This document shows positions 1 to 10,365 of a DNA stretch of 60,394 nucleotides, piece after piece. Made by a program: the position numbers and the translations under genes. Within the stretch, counting starts at the first letter, position 1, and the number at the start of each line of letters is the position of its first letter. Source of the DNA: Candidatus Poseidoniales archaeon (lineage in GTDB: Archaea > Thermoplasmatota > Poseidoniia > Poseidoniales > Thalassarchaeaceae). The notes under the pieces were generated by a model. That model had not been told where the DNA came from. It ran no database searches and was given only the letters and a program-made list of their open reading frames with translations. The DNA is taken from the NCBI GenBank assembly GCA_003602515.1, contig QQSB01000062.1, positions 927-61,320 of the forward strand, read 5' to 3'.

Positions 1-312
1 TATCATTACTCTGAGGTCCCTTAGCGCCCCCCTGCCGCTGCTATTCTTCTGGTATGGGAGCATCCCTCTCACTGTCCTCTTGATTATCTTGTCAGGCATC
101 CTTGGGAAGAAAGGCCCCTTCCTTGCATGGTTGAGTTTGTACTTTGCCCTGTAGTCGCTGAGGACCTTGGTCCTGGGGCCCGAGACTATCGCGTCCTCGG
201 CGTTGATGATGATGACCCTCTGCTGCTTTCCCGACTTCCTGGCTGAGATCATCTCTTTGGCGACCTTGCTGGCTAGGCGACCTAGTATCTTGTCAGTGGC
301 ATCGAAGACCAT
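1..312 (-). CDS. rpl13: 50S ribosomal protein uL13 (3' end cut by window edge)
   Basis: Manual translation from ATG at 312: MVFDATDKILGRLASKVAK...VIIINAEDAIVSG...GPFFPRMPDKIIKRTVRGMLPY. Directly follows rpl18e. An alternative TTG start lies at 327. Confidence 0.95.
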   Translation of the reverse strand, partial: MVFDATDKILGRLASKVAKEMISARKSGKQQRVIIINAEDAIVSGPRTKVLSDYRAKYKLNHARKGPFFPRMPDKIIKRTVRGMLPYQKNSSGRGALRDLRVMI

Positions 313-319
313 AGTTGAC

Positions 320-685
320 TCAGACAAGGATTCTAACCCCCTTTCCGTTGGGGTTTTCTTCCATGAGTTCCCTGATGCTGAGCGTTCTTCCGCCAGATGC
401 CTCGATCTTGGTTTTGGCACCATCGCTGAAGCTGAATGCCGCGACCGTCTGACCACCGCTGATCTCCCCGCTTCCCAGGACCTTTCCTGGCACGAGGACG
501 GTCTCCTTCTTTGCGGAGTGTCGGGAGATGTGGCTTAGGTTGGGTTGAGCCCAGTTTTTCCTGCTGGACTCCAGCCTTGATGCGGTGTCTCTCCAGATAG
601 GGGAGCCCGTTGAACGGCCTTGGTCCTTCAATTCGCCGATGAGGGAAACCAGAGTGGTATTGGTCTTCCTGTCTGGCTTACTCAT
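320..685 (-). CDS. rpl18e: 50S ribosomal protein eL18
   Basis: KTN..L..LI..L, NLSHISR, VLVPGKVLGSG, AAFSFS..AKTKI, NP.GKGVRIL motifs; rpl18e-rpl13 order is typical of archaea. Confidence 0.95.
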   Translation of the reverse strand: MSKPDRKTNTTLVSLIGELKDQGRSTGSPIWRDTASRLESSRKNWAQPNLSHISRHSAKKETVLVPGKVLGSGEISGGQTVAAFSFSDGAKTKIEASGGRTLSIRELMEENPNGKGVRILV

Positions 686-786
686 AGCATCCCCTCATGG
701 TTAGGTAGCGCGGCCACCCAAGTCGGTGTTATGAATCCTGCGGGAGCCCCATGGGGCGGCAAAGCAGCACCACTATCGCGCCTGTG

Positions 787-3700
787 TCATATCCGGAACC
801 CATCGTCTTCCTCGGCATCGTCGATGCCAGCGAACCTGACATTGCCCTCTGCATCGACAAATTGGCCGGCCTTGACAGATGGGCCATATAGAGAAGACTC
901 GGCTACTGATGCTCTGTTTAGCAAGCTGTCTCCGAGTGAGCTGTTCATCCTTCCAATCATCGACTGGAAAATTTGGATGGCCCGGTCCCTCTCCTCGGAG
1001 CCGATCTGATGATCCGAGTATCGGGCCTCCTCGAAGATGGAGAAGAACATGTCTAGCTCCTCGGGTGGGACTATCCCCCCCAGCATGTTGTTGATGACGT
1101 CCTCGAACTCTCTCGTGGTCTCGAAGACCTTCTTCATCGCACCCCTCATTCTGAAGTACTTGATTAGGTCCTTGTAGCAGGAGAATATGGCCTCGATATA
1201 GTTGTTAGAAGCCTTGAGTGACATCAGGGCGTCAGTCAGTATTCCCCGGAGGACCTCTACCTTTCGTCGCTCTCTATAGTTGTTGTACATCATCGCGCCA
1301 ACTAGTGTCGCAGTGGAAAGGGAGATCCCGGCGAGAACTAGGACTTGAGTCGTCCAGAGTCCTCCGCTGCTAGCGGACGGTGGCTCTCCGAGTTTTATCT
1401 CGGGAGTGCTGTTCAGCCACTGCTCGACGAAGTATGGCTTGTTCGCATCTGCCGATTCGAAGTGCACCAGTACCCTCCATTTCCCTCCTGGAGCAGACCA
1501 TTCTGGGTGCCCTGGGATGAGTTCGCCCGTGTATGGGAATGAGAAGTTCGCAGAACCCCTCTCATTGGTGATGAATATCTCGACTCGCTCTGTCTGCCAT
1601 CCAGACCCGTTCCAGAACTGCCTGTGGAACTCGACCCTCTGGCCCTCCACTGTGAGGTCCAATCGGTCCCTGAGAATCGCGACCTCTCCGGCGATGATTT
1701 CTCCCTCCTGGTATCCAGTCGGGCTCGACCAGTGTTCCTTGAGCAGGATGTCCACCTTGCTTCTGACGAGGACCTCGATATCCGCGATGGAGCTGTTTAG
1801 CACCGGGTTCGGCTCCAGTGCCTCGTAGTCGCACCCACCGGGCACGTACTTCTCTGGTTCGTATGCGACTCTTACCGTCCTGAACCCTTCGAGATTATTG
1901 CCGCTTGGCTCGACGCCCCTCCTGCTTGGATTGTCTTCAGGGTCGGCTGAGTACCAAACGAACTCCCCCGTCCCATCGCTGGTGAAGGCCGTCGCAATTG
2001 GCCTGGTGTTTACCTGGGGGTCGAGATAGATGTTGACGCACTTGCCACCGACTGGCTTTCCGTTTGACTGCGATAGCTTGGCATTGATGTGGAACGCCTC
2101 TTTGAGGTACAGGACGTCGAAGGTTGATCCATTGGGGAAGGTGTAGGTCAGGTAGTCGGACCTGAAGGGACCGATTTCGGAGACGTCTATTGTGGAGTTC
2201 GAGAATACCGGGAAGAACATCGTCTGTGTCTTGTTCTTGTACCTGTAGCGATCGTTATTCAATGGGTCCCACGAGTTGTACTCTACCTTCACCTTGGCCA
2301 TTCCCGCATCCACTCCTGCCAGGGGGCAGTTGATGTCGAAGAAGCCGTTCTCATCTGTTGCCCCGGGTATGCACGCCTCTATGCCGGTGTCTCCTGCTCT
2401 GAATTTCATTCTGTTTTCAATCGGGTCGAATATCATCGATCCCATCTCGAAGGTAACTCTGATTTGCCTGTTGGACAGGTTTCCTCCTAGCTCATCGGTT
2501 AGCTGACCGGTGACGAGCATTGGCTTCTCGAGAATCTGGCCGGTTTCAGGATCAATCTCCGATGTGTAGACTATCTGCTGATCGACATCCAGTTCGGTAT
2601 TGCCGATCAGGCTGAAGCCGTCTACCTGGAACTGGAGGACCTTCCTGTAGTGATCGCTATTCATTACGGTCACGCAGGGATCCCATGCCCCCGATGTGGA
2701 TAGCATCCCTGAATCAAGGGGTTCGCAGCCCTCGTGAGGGAGGTTCTGCTCGAACCTCAGAATCACGTTAACAGGACCGAAGCCATCCGGGAGGAAAGAG
2801 AAGGGGTCATCCTTCAGCAGCTGAGGGTCTAGGTATTGGCCGTATCCAATTGAGCCCGAGGCAGGGCACTCTACGGAGACAATCTGCCTGTGTGTCCTAT
2901 CTTCGAAGTCGATTCCTTCGAAGATGACCGTTACGTTGCCTCCCAAGTCGTTGCCACCCGGGCTCTGCATCTCTCCTGCACAGCTATTCAGCACCTGTCC
3001 TCCGTCTTTTTCGAATGGGGTCCTGTTGTCATCAGTTACAACAGCGGTGAATTCCCATAAATCACCATTCGATCTGATGTTTGGACTCGTGCTTTGGACG
3101 TTGATATATGTCCTAGAGACGACCCATAGGTTGACCTCTGCATGGCTTCCTTGACGACGTTCGTCGCCGAGGTATGTGAATCCGAGGGTGTAGTTCCCGA
3201 GATTCTCAATATCCGTCAGATTTACCCTGAAGCGGCCATTGTTGTCTGTGATTGAAATCCCGCTGGACTGGTCTTCCGACCATGTCCAGTTCACGGGTAC
3301 CTCACGCACGGGTTGGTATGCGTTGTCTACGAGACGGACCTGGACTGAAGTGTTCTGCCCTCTGTACAACTGGGGAAGGGAGTTGAGTTCGGAGAATCCA
3401 GTTGTGCCGATCACTGAGACGTTTCCATACGCCCCTGTTGCTGCGAGAACCTGATCCTGATCCCCCGTGAAGAAGTAGTCAGATTGGCTGAAGTCTGCCC
3501 TCACCCCGTATGTGCCCGCTTGGTATTGTGACGCCCAAGCAAAGTCGTAGTCGAAGGTCGCTAGACCCTCTTCAGGCTCGGGTGGCCTATTGAATTGGGT
3601 CTCAATGGAGCCGACGAACGCTCCGTTCTGATCGAAGTCGAACTGAAGTGCAACGGTAATCGGTCGCCCGTTAACAGAGTAGGCGGGTTCGATGGTTCTG

Positions 3701-6700
3701 TTCCAAACGTGTCCTCTTACCCTAATTTCCTCTCCGGTGAAGACCTCGGGGACAATCTCGCATCGGACCTCGCTGGATGCTACCAGTGGATCGACCGGCC
3801 CGCATGGAGGAGAGTCGAAATCTGCTCCATTCTGCAGTGTAATGGTCCAATGGGTCCCATTGGCGGTCAGGAAGGGGGAAAGCGCCCCCGCAGCAATTCC
3901 CGAAAGCGCTTCCGGGGTCCCGTCCCAGAGGATTGGGTATGACTTCCCCAGGCTTGCATCCTCGAACGCGATTCCTGCGCTTGCTAGAGAGGGGGCATGG
4001 AAAAGCGCGCGCCAAGCGCCGAAGGACGAGCCGGTGAACTGGGTCGCATCCCAGAAGTATACGGGTCTGAACGAGGGTGCGAACATGTCTGCCTCGATGT
4101 ACATCCTATGCATTGCGCGAATGAAGAATGTGTCAGTCTTGGATTCCTCCAGATGAGCCCATGGCCACTCGTAGGAGCCATCAGAACAACTACCGAGATC
4201 TGGTCTGGCGTATCCTATGAAGCTGTAGTCTCCTACTGGGAGAGTGGTGTTCTTGTACTCATATGGAGATAGGACGGAATGGGATCCAACAGGGTTCAGA
4301 GGTGTGCATGGGTTCCAAACAATCTCCTCGTACCCACCTGTAGGTATTCCATCCCCGTTGTCAAGAAGGGAGTTCCACTGAACTTGCTCCCAAACATCCA
4401 ATGACTGGTTGTATGCAAGAGAAACCCAACCTCCTGAGTCAGCCCTGTACCCATTTCCATATCCATCGTACACTGTCGGTTCTGTGATGTTCCCGAACTG
4501 AGTTCCAGAGTCGCTGATGGTGAAGGAGACAGGCGCGAACGCTAGTCTGTTGTCGAAAATTCCCCTATTATAGTCCGCTGTGTAGTGGACCTTGAAGTCG
4601 AGTTTCAGAGGCTGCTCGTCAGCTCTGAATCTTTGTCCGGCGACGAACCCTATGGTGGTGTTAGCCCTGACTTCCACTGGGAATCCGGCGTCGCCGATTC
4701 CATCTCCGTCGGTATCCGACAGAGTCGAGCTGTAATCGTGGATGAACATCTCTGTGACTTCTGAGTATACCTCATAGGTCGAGTTCGGCCCTACGTCGAT
4801 GTCCTCTGGGAACAGGAATTGTCCTACGATGTACTCTCCATTGGCATTGGTCAGTACGTCTATCGTCTCGATTACCGAGGTCCCGTTCTCAGAGTATCTG
4901 ATGTGTACCTGCACTGGAAGGTCTGGAGCGGGGACGAATCCAGTATCGTCAAGCCAGAAAACCGAGCCGTTGAATATCGCCGGTGTTGTCTCGTCCAACC
5001 ACAGAACTGGTTGAGTGTTCAGAGTGATCCTAGTGGGTATCTTGTCATCATTATCAAGGACGCCATCGTTATCGGAATCCCAATCGGAACTCAATCCAGA
5101 GGCCTCCTCGATCTTGTTTGCCGGAGTTGGCCAATCTCCTGAGGAGGGGTTGTTCCAATCGGCGTCTTCCCTGCCGTCATTGTCGTCATCTACATCGAAG
5201 TAGTCTGGTCCTGTTGAGTTGTTCGTTGGATTGGCTAGGCCGACCCCTCCTCCGAAATCGTCGTGATCCCATGGGTTCGTAGATTGCACTCCGAACCTCG
5301 AGGGCCAAAGCATCACTTCGTCTTCGTCCTTCATGCCGTCGTAGTCGTCGTCGTCATCCAAGTCATCCCTAATGCCATCGTTGTCGTGATCCCATGGTGC
5401 TATCGGGAAGTTCAGGCAGCAGGTGTCATCAATTGGATCGGCCGTACCATTCGTGTCGTTTAGGTTCTGGAGCTCTAGTGAGTTGGGGATTCCATCTCCA
5501 TCCCAATCGTCGTCAGCCCAATTCAAAATCCCGTCGTTGTCGTGGTCCCAAGGACTCTGCTCCTCACCCGTGAAGCATCCTGGGAAAGCCTCCTGGGTTT
5601 CATCCAGCAAACCATTGTTGTCATCGTCTGGATCCTCTCCATCGGGTACTCCATCGTTATCGTTATCCACGTCATAGTACTGGGGGAATAGGAGTGATTG
5701 GCCTAGGACCCCGCGATCCCATACAGCCTGGTAAATCCCATCATCATCCGGGTCGGTGTCTAGCCCGTCGTCGTCGTTATCCTCGCAGTTGCTACCAGTG
5801 AAGTAGTATGGCTCCTCCACGGTAGCGTCGTCATCGAGATCGTCGTTGCTGTCTACTTCGAAATAGTCCCAAATTCCATCATTGTCGTCGTCCACGTCAA
5901 AGTGATCGTAGACTATGTCCCAGTCATCATCGAGATCGTTTGTGTTGTTGTACATACAATTCGGAGTCCAAGAAACCTCGGGCATAGGTTGACCACAGTC
6001 GATGTCTGGGTCGACATCATCGTTCAACTCATCAGCAATCTCGTCTGGAAAGAAGTTGCCATTGTTATCGGAAGTCCATTGGAAGAATTGGAATTGAGTG
6101 ACGCCGAGGTATGCTATCCAGAGGTCTCTGTTGTGCTTCATGTCTACATAAGTGTAGGCGACTGATGGTGAAGGGTTACTGGTTGGGTCGAAAGTGAACC
6201 AGAAGCAGTTCATGTCACAGCTTCCCAACCCAGTTGGATGATTGGTGCCGTCATACGCTCCGTCATCCCAGTCGACATCTGGCCTTGAGCTATATGGGAC
6301 TGTGAAGGATTGGCCCCCTGACTGTGTTGGAGTCAGGAGGGGCGCCTTGAACGCGTATGCGTATATGTGTCCGCAGAATCTTTCTTGGGTGGCTGAGAGG
6401 ATTACTGTACCACAGGAGTTCCCGTCAAGCGTCCCCCCCATCTTGACGTCATCGACGTCCAGGATCCCGTCGTTCCCCTCGTCCTGGTCCCACCAGTCGG
6501 GCATTCCATCGCCATCTTGGTCCACATCGATTCCATTGACCAACGAGTCTCCATCGTCATCGATGTCGAAGAAGTTGCCACCGTTGTAAGGGCTCCACTT
6601 CATCATCAGGAACCAGTACATCTCGGGGATGATGCCACTGATTGTGTCTAGTGAGGTCGGGTCATACCCGTTGTAGTCCAGCATGAAGCTGTTATCCTCA

Positions 6701-8697
6701 TTGAACGGGTTGAACCCCCATGTGAGATTCCAGTAGTAATTGGGGACTGCCGCATATGCACCGCTGTCCTCGGAGCCGTCGATAGCGTCCCCGTCGCTCT
6801 GTGGCCAGCTATTACCATAGAAGTTGTCTGTGTTGTCGGTGTCGACCACCCCGCAGTTTCCATCATCGGGATCGTAGTAGTCATTGATTCCGTCATTGTC
6901 GTCATCCCAGTCTTCATCATTCGCCAGTCCATCTCCATCCACGTCGGTATCGATGTCGTTTGTTCCGTCGTCTCTGTACTTCGATCCGTTTAGTTCGTGG
7001 AGGTCGGCATCGTTGTCCAAGTCGCAGTCGGGGTCGATGTCGAGCCAGTCGAGGATCCCGTCCCCGTCGTCGTCCATGTCCACCCAATTGTTCAGCCCGT
7101 CTCCATCCCAGTCATTGAATCCGGTGTAGGAGGTTCGCCATAGCACGCATTTGTCGCTGGGGTTCTGTGGGTTCGGGTTGGAGACGCTAGCGCAGTCCCA
7201 AGTGGCAACCTCTGCCGATGAGTTGAGTGGGTAAGGGTCGTATTCGTTTTCCAGGCCGTCGTCATCTAGGTCCCATGGTTGCGAACCGCCCATCAAATTG
7301 TCAGGGTTATCGGATCCACCCATGTCGGTATCTAGCCAGTCCCACACCATGTCGTAGTCGGCATCAATGGACCTGAACCTGTCATCGTCTAGGTCCCCGT
7401 CATAGTCTATTTCGCAATCGATCCCAGGGGTCTGGATATCGACAACAGAGCCGTTGAAGACTTCGGTTGGGTAATCTCTCTGTCCGTCCCCGTTGGTGTC
7501 CAGTTGTATGCATGAGTCTGGGATTCCGTCATTGTCGTCATCGACGTCGTACATGTCTGCAAGGCCGTCATTGTCATCATCAGTATCTGACGAGTCAGGG
7601 GAGCCATCATTGTCGTTGTCTGGATCGAGGAAGTTTGGAATTCCGTCTCCGTCGAGGTCACCATCGACGATTTCTGTGAATGCCTGCTGTCTCGGGTGCT
7701 CGAGGGCGTGGAGAGCTACGTAGTCGAGGCCGTCCACGTATTCGGCGTAGTCCTCCGGGTCCCATCTCTCCCAGTCGTCCCAGAGAATGTCTGAGTCAGA
7801 GGTGATGAGCGCTGTCTGAGTAGAATCCCAAGGATGGATATCGTCTATGTCCAACACCTCATCGTTGTCATCATCCAGATCGAAGTAGTCCTGAATGCCA
7901 TCTGAGTCGAAGTCGCATGGCCAGACGAACTGGTCGATTCTACCGTCGTTGTCATCGTCCTCGTCGTATGATCCTCTTCCGGAGCCATCGATGTCTTCGT
8001 CGGTAATGCCATCGTTGTCGTGGTCCATTGGGTTCTGATCTACCAGGTAGTTGAATCCAACAGCCTGACCGGTCCAGGGATGAATAGTGGTGGGGTCCAC
8101 GTGACGATCCGAGGAGACGTTCCATGGGTCGTTTCCTTGGGAGTAGTCCACTGGTCCCTCAAGGATGCCGTCGTTGTCATCGTCCCAGTCGAACTCGTCT
8201 CGGATTCCATCGTTGTCGTGATCCAGTGGGTCTGTTCCGTAGCAACCATCGAATCGCTCTATCAGATCGTTGATCCCGTCGTTGTCATCATCCAGATCGT
8301 TCAAATCGTCAATGCCATCGTTGTCGTGATCCTCTGTGTTGGTCTCCTCTAAGAAGAAGCCATAGCTCGGATCGAGGGTCAACGCTGAGGTATCCGAGAC
8401 CTTCCCGTAAATAGCGGCTGGGTCATTATAGAATGGATCGTGGAATGCTGCCGCTTGGAACGGATTTGTGGCTGCGGGTTGACTTTGGCTTTCTCCCTGC
8501 ACTGGACCTCCAAGCTGCTCAAGTTGCTGGTAGGCCGTTCTCTTTGGTGTGTCATCGCTTCTCGTCCTCTCGGGAGAATCGTCCGAACTGGGCATGATCG
8601 AAAGCTGGGTACTAAGGAGCATCAGTGCGATAATCGAAATCGCTGGTATTATTCTCTTGTTTGTGTCTCTCTCTTTCTTGCTAGTCATGCAAATCAC
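787..8697 (-). CDS. Giant membrane-anchored surface protein: thrombospondin type-3-like Ca-binding repeats, Ig-like stalk, TM helix, C-terminal DUF4129-like domain
   Basis: N-terminal hydrophobic signal; dozens of DxDxDGxxD motifs in the first ~1230 aa; beta-rich repeats (LVDN..QPV..VPV, TDENGFF); TM helix VLVLAGISLSTATLVGAMMY; tail ETTREF...FFSIFEEARYS. Confidence 0.8.
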   Translation of the reverse strand: MICMTSKKERDTNKRIIPAISIIALMLLSTQLSIMPSSDDSPERTRSDDTPKRTAYQQLEQLGGPVQGESQSQPAATNPFQAAAFHDPFYNDPAAIYGKVSDTSALTLDPSYGFFLEETNTEDHDNDGIDDLNDLDDDNDGINDLIERFDGCYGTDPLDHDNDGIRDEFDWDDDNDGILEGPVDYSQGNDPWNVSSDRHVDPTTIHPWTGQAVGFNYLVDQNPMDHDNDGITDEDIDGSGRGSYDEDDDNDGRIDQFVWPCDFDSDGIQDYFDLDDDNDEVLDIDDIHPWDSTQTALITSDSDILWDDWERWDPEDYAEYVDGLDYVALHALEHPRQQAFTEIVDGDLDGDGIPNFLDPDNDNDGSPDSSDTDDDNDGLADMYDVDDDNDGIPDSCIQLDTNGDGQRDYPTEVFNGSVVDIQTPGIDCEIDYDGDLDDDRFRSIDADYDMVWDWLDTDMGGSDNPDNLMGGSQPWDLDDDGLENEYDPYPLNSSAEVATWDCASVSNPNPQNPSDKCVLWRTSYTGFNDWDGDGLNNWVDMDDDGDGILDWLDIDPDCDLDNDADLHELNGSKYRDDGTNDIDTDVDGDGLANDEDWDDDNDGINDYYDPDDGNCGVVDTDNTDNFYGNSWPQSDGDAIDGSEDSGAYAAVPNYYWNLTWGFNPFNEDNSFMLDYNGYDPTSLDTISGIIPEMYWFLMMKWSPYNGGNFFDIDDDGDSLVNGIDVDQDGDGMPDWWDQDEGNDGILDVDDVKMGGTLDGNSCGTVILSATQERFCGHIYAYAFKAPLLTPTQSGGQSFTVPYSSRPDVDWDDGAYDGTNHPTGLGSCDMNCFWFTFDPTSNPSPSVAYTYVDMKHNRDLWIAYLGVTQFQFFQWTSDNNGNFFPDEIADELNDDVDPDIDCGQPMPEVSWTPNCMYNNTNDLDDDWDIVYDHFDVDDDNDGIWDYFEVDSNDDLDDDATVEEPYYFTGSNCEDNDDDGLDTDPDDDGIYQAVWDRGVLGQSLLFPQYYDVDNDNDGVPDGEDPDDDNNGLLDETQEAFPGCFTGEEQSPWDHDNDGILNWADDDWDGDGIPNSLELQNLNDTNGTADPIDDTCCLNFPIAPWDHDNDGIRDDLDDDDDYDGMKDEDEVMLWPSRFGVQSTNPWDHDDFGGGVGLANPTNNSTGPDYFDVDDDNDGREDADWNNPSSGDWPTPANKIEEASGLSSDWDSDNDGVLDNDDKIPTRITLNTQPVLWLDETTPAIFNGSVFWLDDTGFVPAPDLPVQVHIRYSENGTSVIETIDVLTNANGEYIVGQFLFPEDIDVGPNSTYEVYSEVTEMFIHDYSSTLSDTDGDGIGDAGFPVEVRANTTIGFVAGQRFRADEQPLKLDFKVHYTADYNRGIFDNRLAFAPVSFTISDSGTQFGNITEPTVYDGYGNGYRADSGGWVSLAYNQSLDVWEQVQWNSLLDNGDGIPTGGYEEIVWNPCTPLNPVGSHSVLSPYEYKNTTLPVGDYSFIGYARPDLGSCSDGSYEWPWAHLEESKTDTFFIRAMHRMYIEADMFAPSFRPVYFWDATQFTGSSFGAWRALFHAPSLASAGIAFEDASLGKSYPILWDGTPEALSGIAAGALSPFLTANGTHWTITLQNGADFDSPPCGPVDPLVASSEVRCEIVPEVFTGEEIRVRGHVWNRTIEPAYSVNGRPITVALQFDFDQNGAFVGSIETQFNRPPEPEEGLATFDYDFAWASQYQAGTYGVRADFSQSDYFFTGDQDQVLAATGAYGNVSVIGTTGFSELNSLPQLYRGQNTSVQVRLVDNAYQPVREVPVNWTWSEDQSSGISITDNNGRFRVNLTDIENLGNYTLGFTYLGDERRQGSHAEVNLWVVSRTYINVQSTSPNIRSNGDLWEFTAVVTDDNRTPFEKDGGQVLNSCAGEMQSPGGNDLGGNVTVIFEGIDFEDRTHRQIVSVECPASGSIGYGQYLDPQLLKDDPFSFLPDGFGPVNVILRFEQNLPHEGCEPLDSGMLSTSGAWDPCVTVMNSDHYRKVLQFQVDGFSLIGNTELDVDQQIVYTSEIDPETGQILEKPMLVTGQLTDELGGNLSNRQIRVTFEMGSMIFDPIENRMKFRAGDTGIEACIPGATDENGFFDINCPLAGVDAGMAKVKVEYNSWDPLNNDRYRYKNKTQTMFFPVFSNSTIDVSEIGPFRSDYLTYTFPNGSTFDVLYLKEAFHINAKLSQSNGKPVGGKCVNIYLDPQVNTRPIATAFTSDGTGEFVWYSADPEDNPSRRGVEPSGNNLEGFRTVRVAYEPEKYVPGGCDYEALEPNPVLNSSIADIEVLVRSKVDILLKEHWSSPTGYQEGEIIAGEVAILRDRLDLTVEGQRVEFHRQFWNGSGWQTERVEIFITNERGSANFSFPYTGELIPGHPEWSAPGGKWRVLVHFESADANKPYFVEQWLNSTPEIKLGEPPSASSGGLWTTQVLVLAGISLSTATLVGAMMYNNYRERRKVEVLRGILTDALMSLKASNNYIEAIFSCYKDLIKYFRMRGAMKKVFETTREFEDVINNMLGGIVPPEELDMFFSIFEEARYSDHQIGSEERDRAIQIFQSMIGRMNSSLGDSLLNRASVAESSLYGPSVKAGQFVDAEGNVRFAGIDDAEEDDGFRI

Positions 8698-8805
8698 TGC
8701 TTACCCTCGGGTAGGTTCATGGCCCGATTCTACGTGCTTATGAATGGGTTGCATCCTACGGATAGTTCCGTATCACAGCGACGTCAATGTATCATCTCGA
8801 GACTG

Positions 8806-9237
8806 TCAATCTCTGTGATATGATGAGCCCCTGTTGATTTCGGTGGCCCTGTAGAGTTGCTCCATCAGCAAAGCAGCAGCCATTTCATGGGTGAAGGTGA
8901 GTTGTGAGAGGGAAATGGTTTGGCGGGCTGACCTTTTCAGTTCCTTGCTGAAACCAGCATGAGGGCCCACTGCTAGATTTGTTGTCTGGCCCTCCAGAAT
9001 AGCAGTTTTGAGCCAATTTGCCATTTCCTCACTGCTCATTTTAGTTCCTCCCTGATCTAGAAGGACTAGGCGACCAGATAGGTTTGAGAGTTCTGATTCG
9101 TATTTGTTGCTGTCTGTTGCTTCAGAAAATTGGACTGATATCCCCCTTGATCTGACTCTTTTCTGATACCCACTGACGATGGCAGCGATGTCCCTATCTT
9201 TCGGCATGCTGTCAAGGTGGACAATGACTCTTCCCAT
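8806..9237 (-). CDS. rlmH: 23S rRNA (pseudouridine-1915-N3)-methyltransferase RlmH-like (SPOUT)
   Basis: LLD..G...SSEEMA, VGPHAGFS, SLSQLTFTHEMA..LLMEQLYRA..I..G.SYHR signature. Confidence 0.85.
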   Translation of the reverse strand: MGRVIVHLDSMPKDRDIAAIVSGYQKRVRSRGISVQFSEATDSNKYESELSNLSGRLVLLDQGGTKMSSEEMANWLKTAILEGQTTNLAVGPHAGFSKELKRSARQTISLSQLTFTHEMAAALLMEQLYRATEINRGSSYHRD

Positions 9238-9310
9238 GTGGTCTCGTATGGATAGTGGCACTTAGGGCTTCACAAAGCATCAAGTCATTGGGCACAGGCG
9301 TCCACTCAAT

Positions 9311-9628
9311 ATGGCATGGTGGCCTTTCCGGAGAAAGAGGGTTTTCCATAGCGAACCACATATCAAGAGTTCAAAAATGTGGATCCAGGACCTCAGAGAG
9401 TGCTGTGAGGCCAATTTCGATCATAGGGAGAAGGGGCAGGTGGAAGTGGAGGAAATCCGAAACAAATGGATGAACGCGCATACTGATGGGGAGGTTGACG
9501 AGTCTCTACTCGATGGTCTTGAGAGACGGTACGAGTTGCTAATTTGTGCAGAGGATTCTGAATGGTCCAAAATACTAGATAACGAAGATTTTTGGAAGGC
9601 TGGCTGGGGTAGCAAGGTGGAGGAGTAA
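9311..9628 (+). CDS. Hypothetical protein
   Basis: 105-aa ORF, 1 nt upstream of the next gene. Confidence 0.6.
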   Translation: MAWWPFRRKRVFHSEPHIKSSKMWIQDLRECCEANFDHREKGQVEVEEIRNKWMNAHTDGEVDESLLDGLERRYELLICAEDSEWSKILDNEDFWKAGWGSKVEE

Positions 9629-9629
9629 G

Positions 9630-10331
9630 ATGTTGCTCTGGATAGTTCTACTATGCGGACTTGGTGGTTATTGCTACTATCTCAGCAGACTGCAACCCTT
9701 TCCAGAAAAGGGCAATAGATTTGCGATGGCCCTCTTTACTGGGGCTCTGATTCTCTGGATTTCAAGTACCAGCCCAGAAGAATCTGGGAGTGATCTACCG
9801 GCAGCGATTTCGGTTTTTCTTGGGGGTGTTTTCGTTGTCACTGGTATCAGGGATATGAGCATCATGAAGACAGATGTAATCGTGGCCCCACTTGCCGGGA
9901 TACTGTTCTGTGTAGGTGGGATTAGCCTACTTTCCTCCAGGTGGGGGGTGGCTACTCAAGTGGAGCAAATCGGTTCTTTCCTTCTAGCCAGTACGATGGT
10001 GACTGTTGAGTTGTATCTTTCCTTCAGGGGCCTGGTAATAGGCGTTCCTGGCATAGCCTGGTCGAAGTCAGGATTGAGGCAGATCCACAGAGGCCTAATT
10101 CTGGGACCTAATGGTGCAATCGCTCACTTTGAGAGGTCTTGGGACGTAGAGGATCAATGGATAAATTCAATGAGTTACGCTGCACTTGTTCTAATCCATA
10201 GGCATCTTGGAAATCTCGAGGACGAGGAGCAGAGTCTTGCGGAGTTAGAGGAGTTAGGGGGCTGGGAGTCGGTTGATTCTTCCTGGACTCAAGCGGTAGA
10301 AGAGGGGTTATTGGCCTCGGTTCCGATCTGA
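9630..10331 (+). CDS. Hypothetical membrane protein (about 5 TM helices plus helical C-terminal domain)
   Basis: Hydrophobic N-terminal segments; GGTGGAGG SD-like motif upstream. Confidence 0.7.
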   Translation: MLLWIVLLCGLGGYCYYLSRLQPFPEKGNRFAMALFTGALILWISSTSPEESGSDLPAAISVFLGGVFVVTGIRDMSIMKTDVIVAPLAGILFCVGGISLLSSRWGVATQVEQIGSFLLASTMVTVELYLSFRGLVIGVPGIAWSKSGLRQIHRGLILGPNGAIAHFERSWDVEDQWINSMSYAALVLIHRHLGNLEDEEQSLAELEELGGWESVDSSWTQAVEEGLLASVPI

Positions 10332-10365
10332 GTACGATTGAAAAGATGTAACTCCTCGGACGTAC

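Noticed and set aside
690-786. tRNA or ncRNA upstream of rpl18e; 12-bp palindrome GCCCCATGGGGC at 746-757
   Set aside because: No cloverleaf or T-loop; a single GC palindrome is not enough to support a call
5040-8340. Recurrent gtcgtc/atcgtc nucleotide repeats suggesting a CRISPR or tandem array
   Set aside because: They are Asp codons of the TSP3-like repeats on the minus strand; there is no fixed repeat-spacer period
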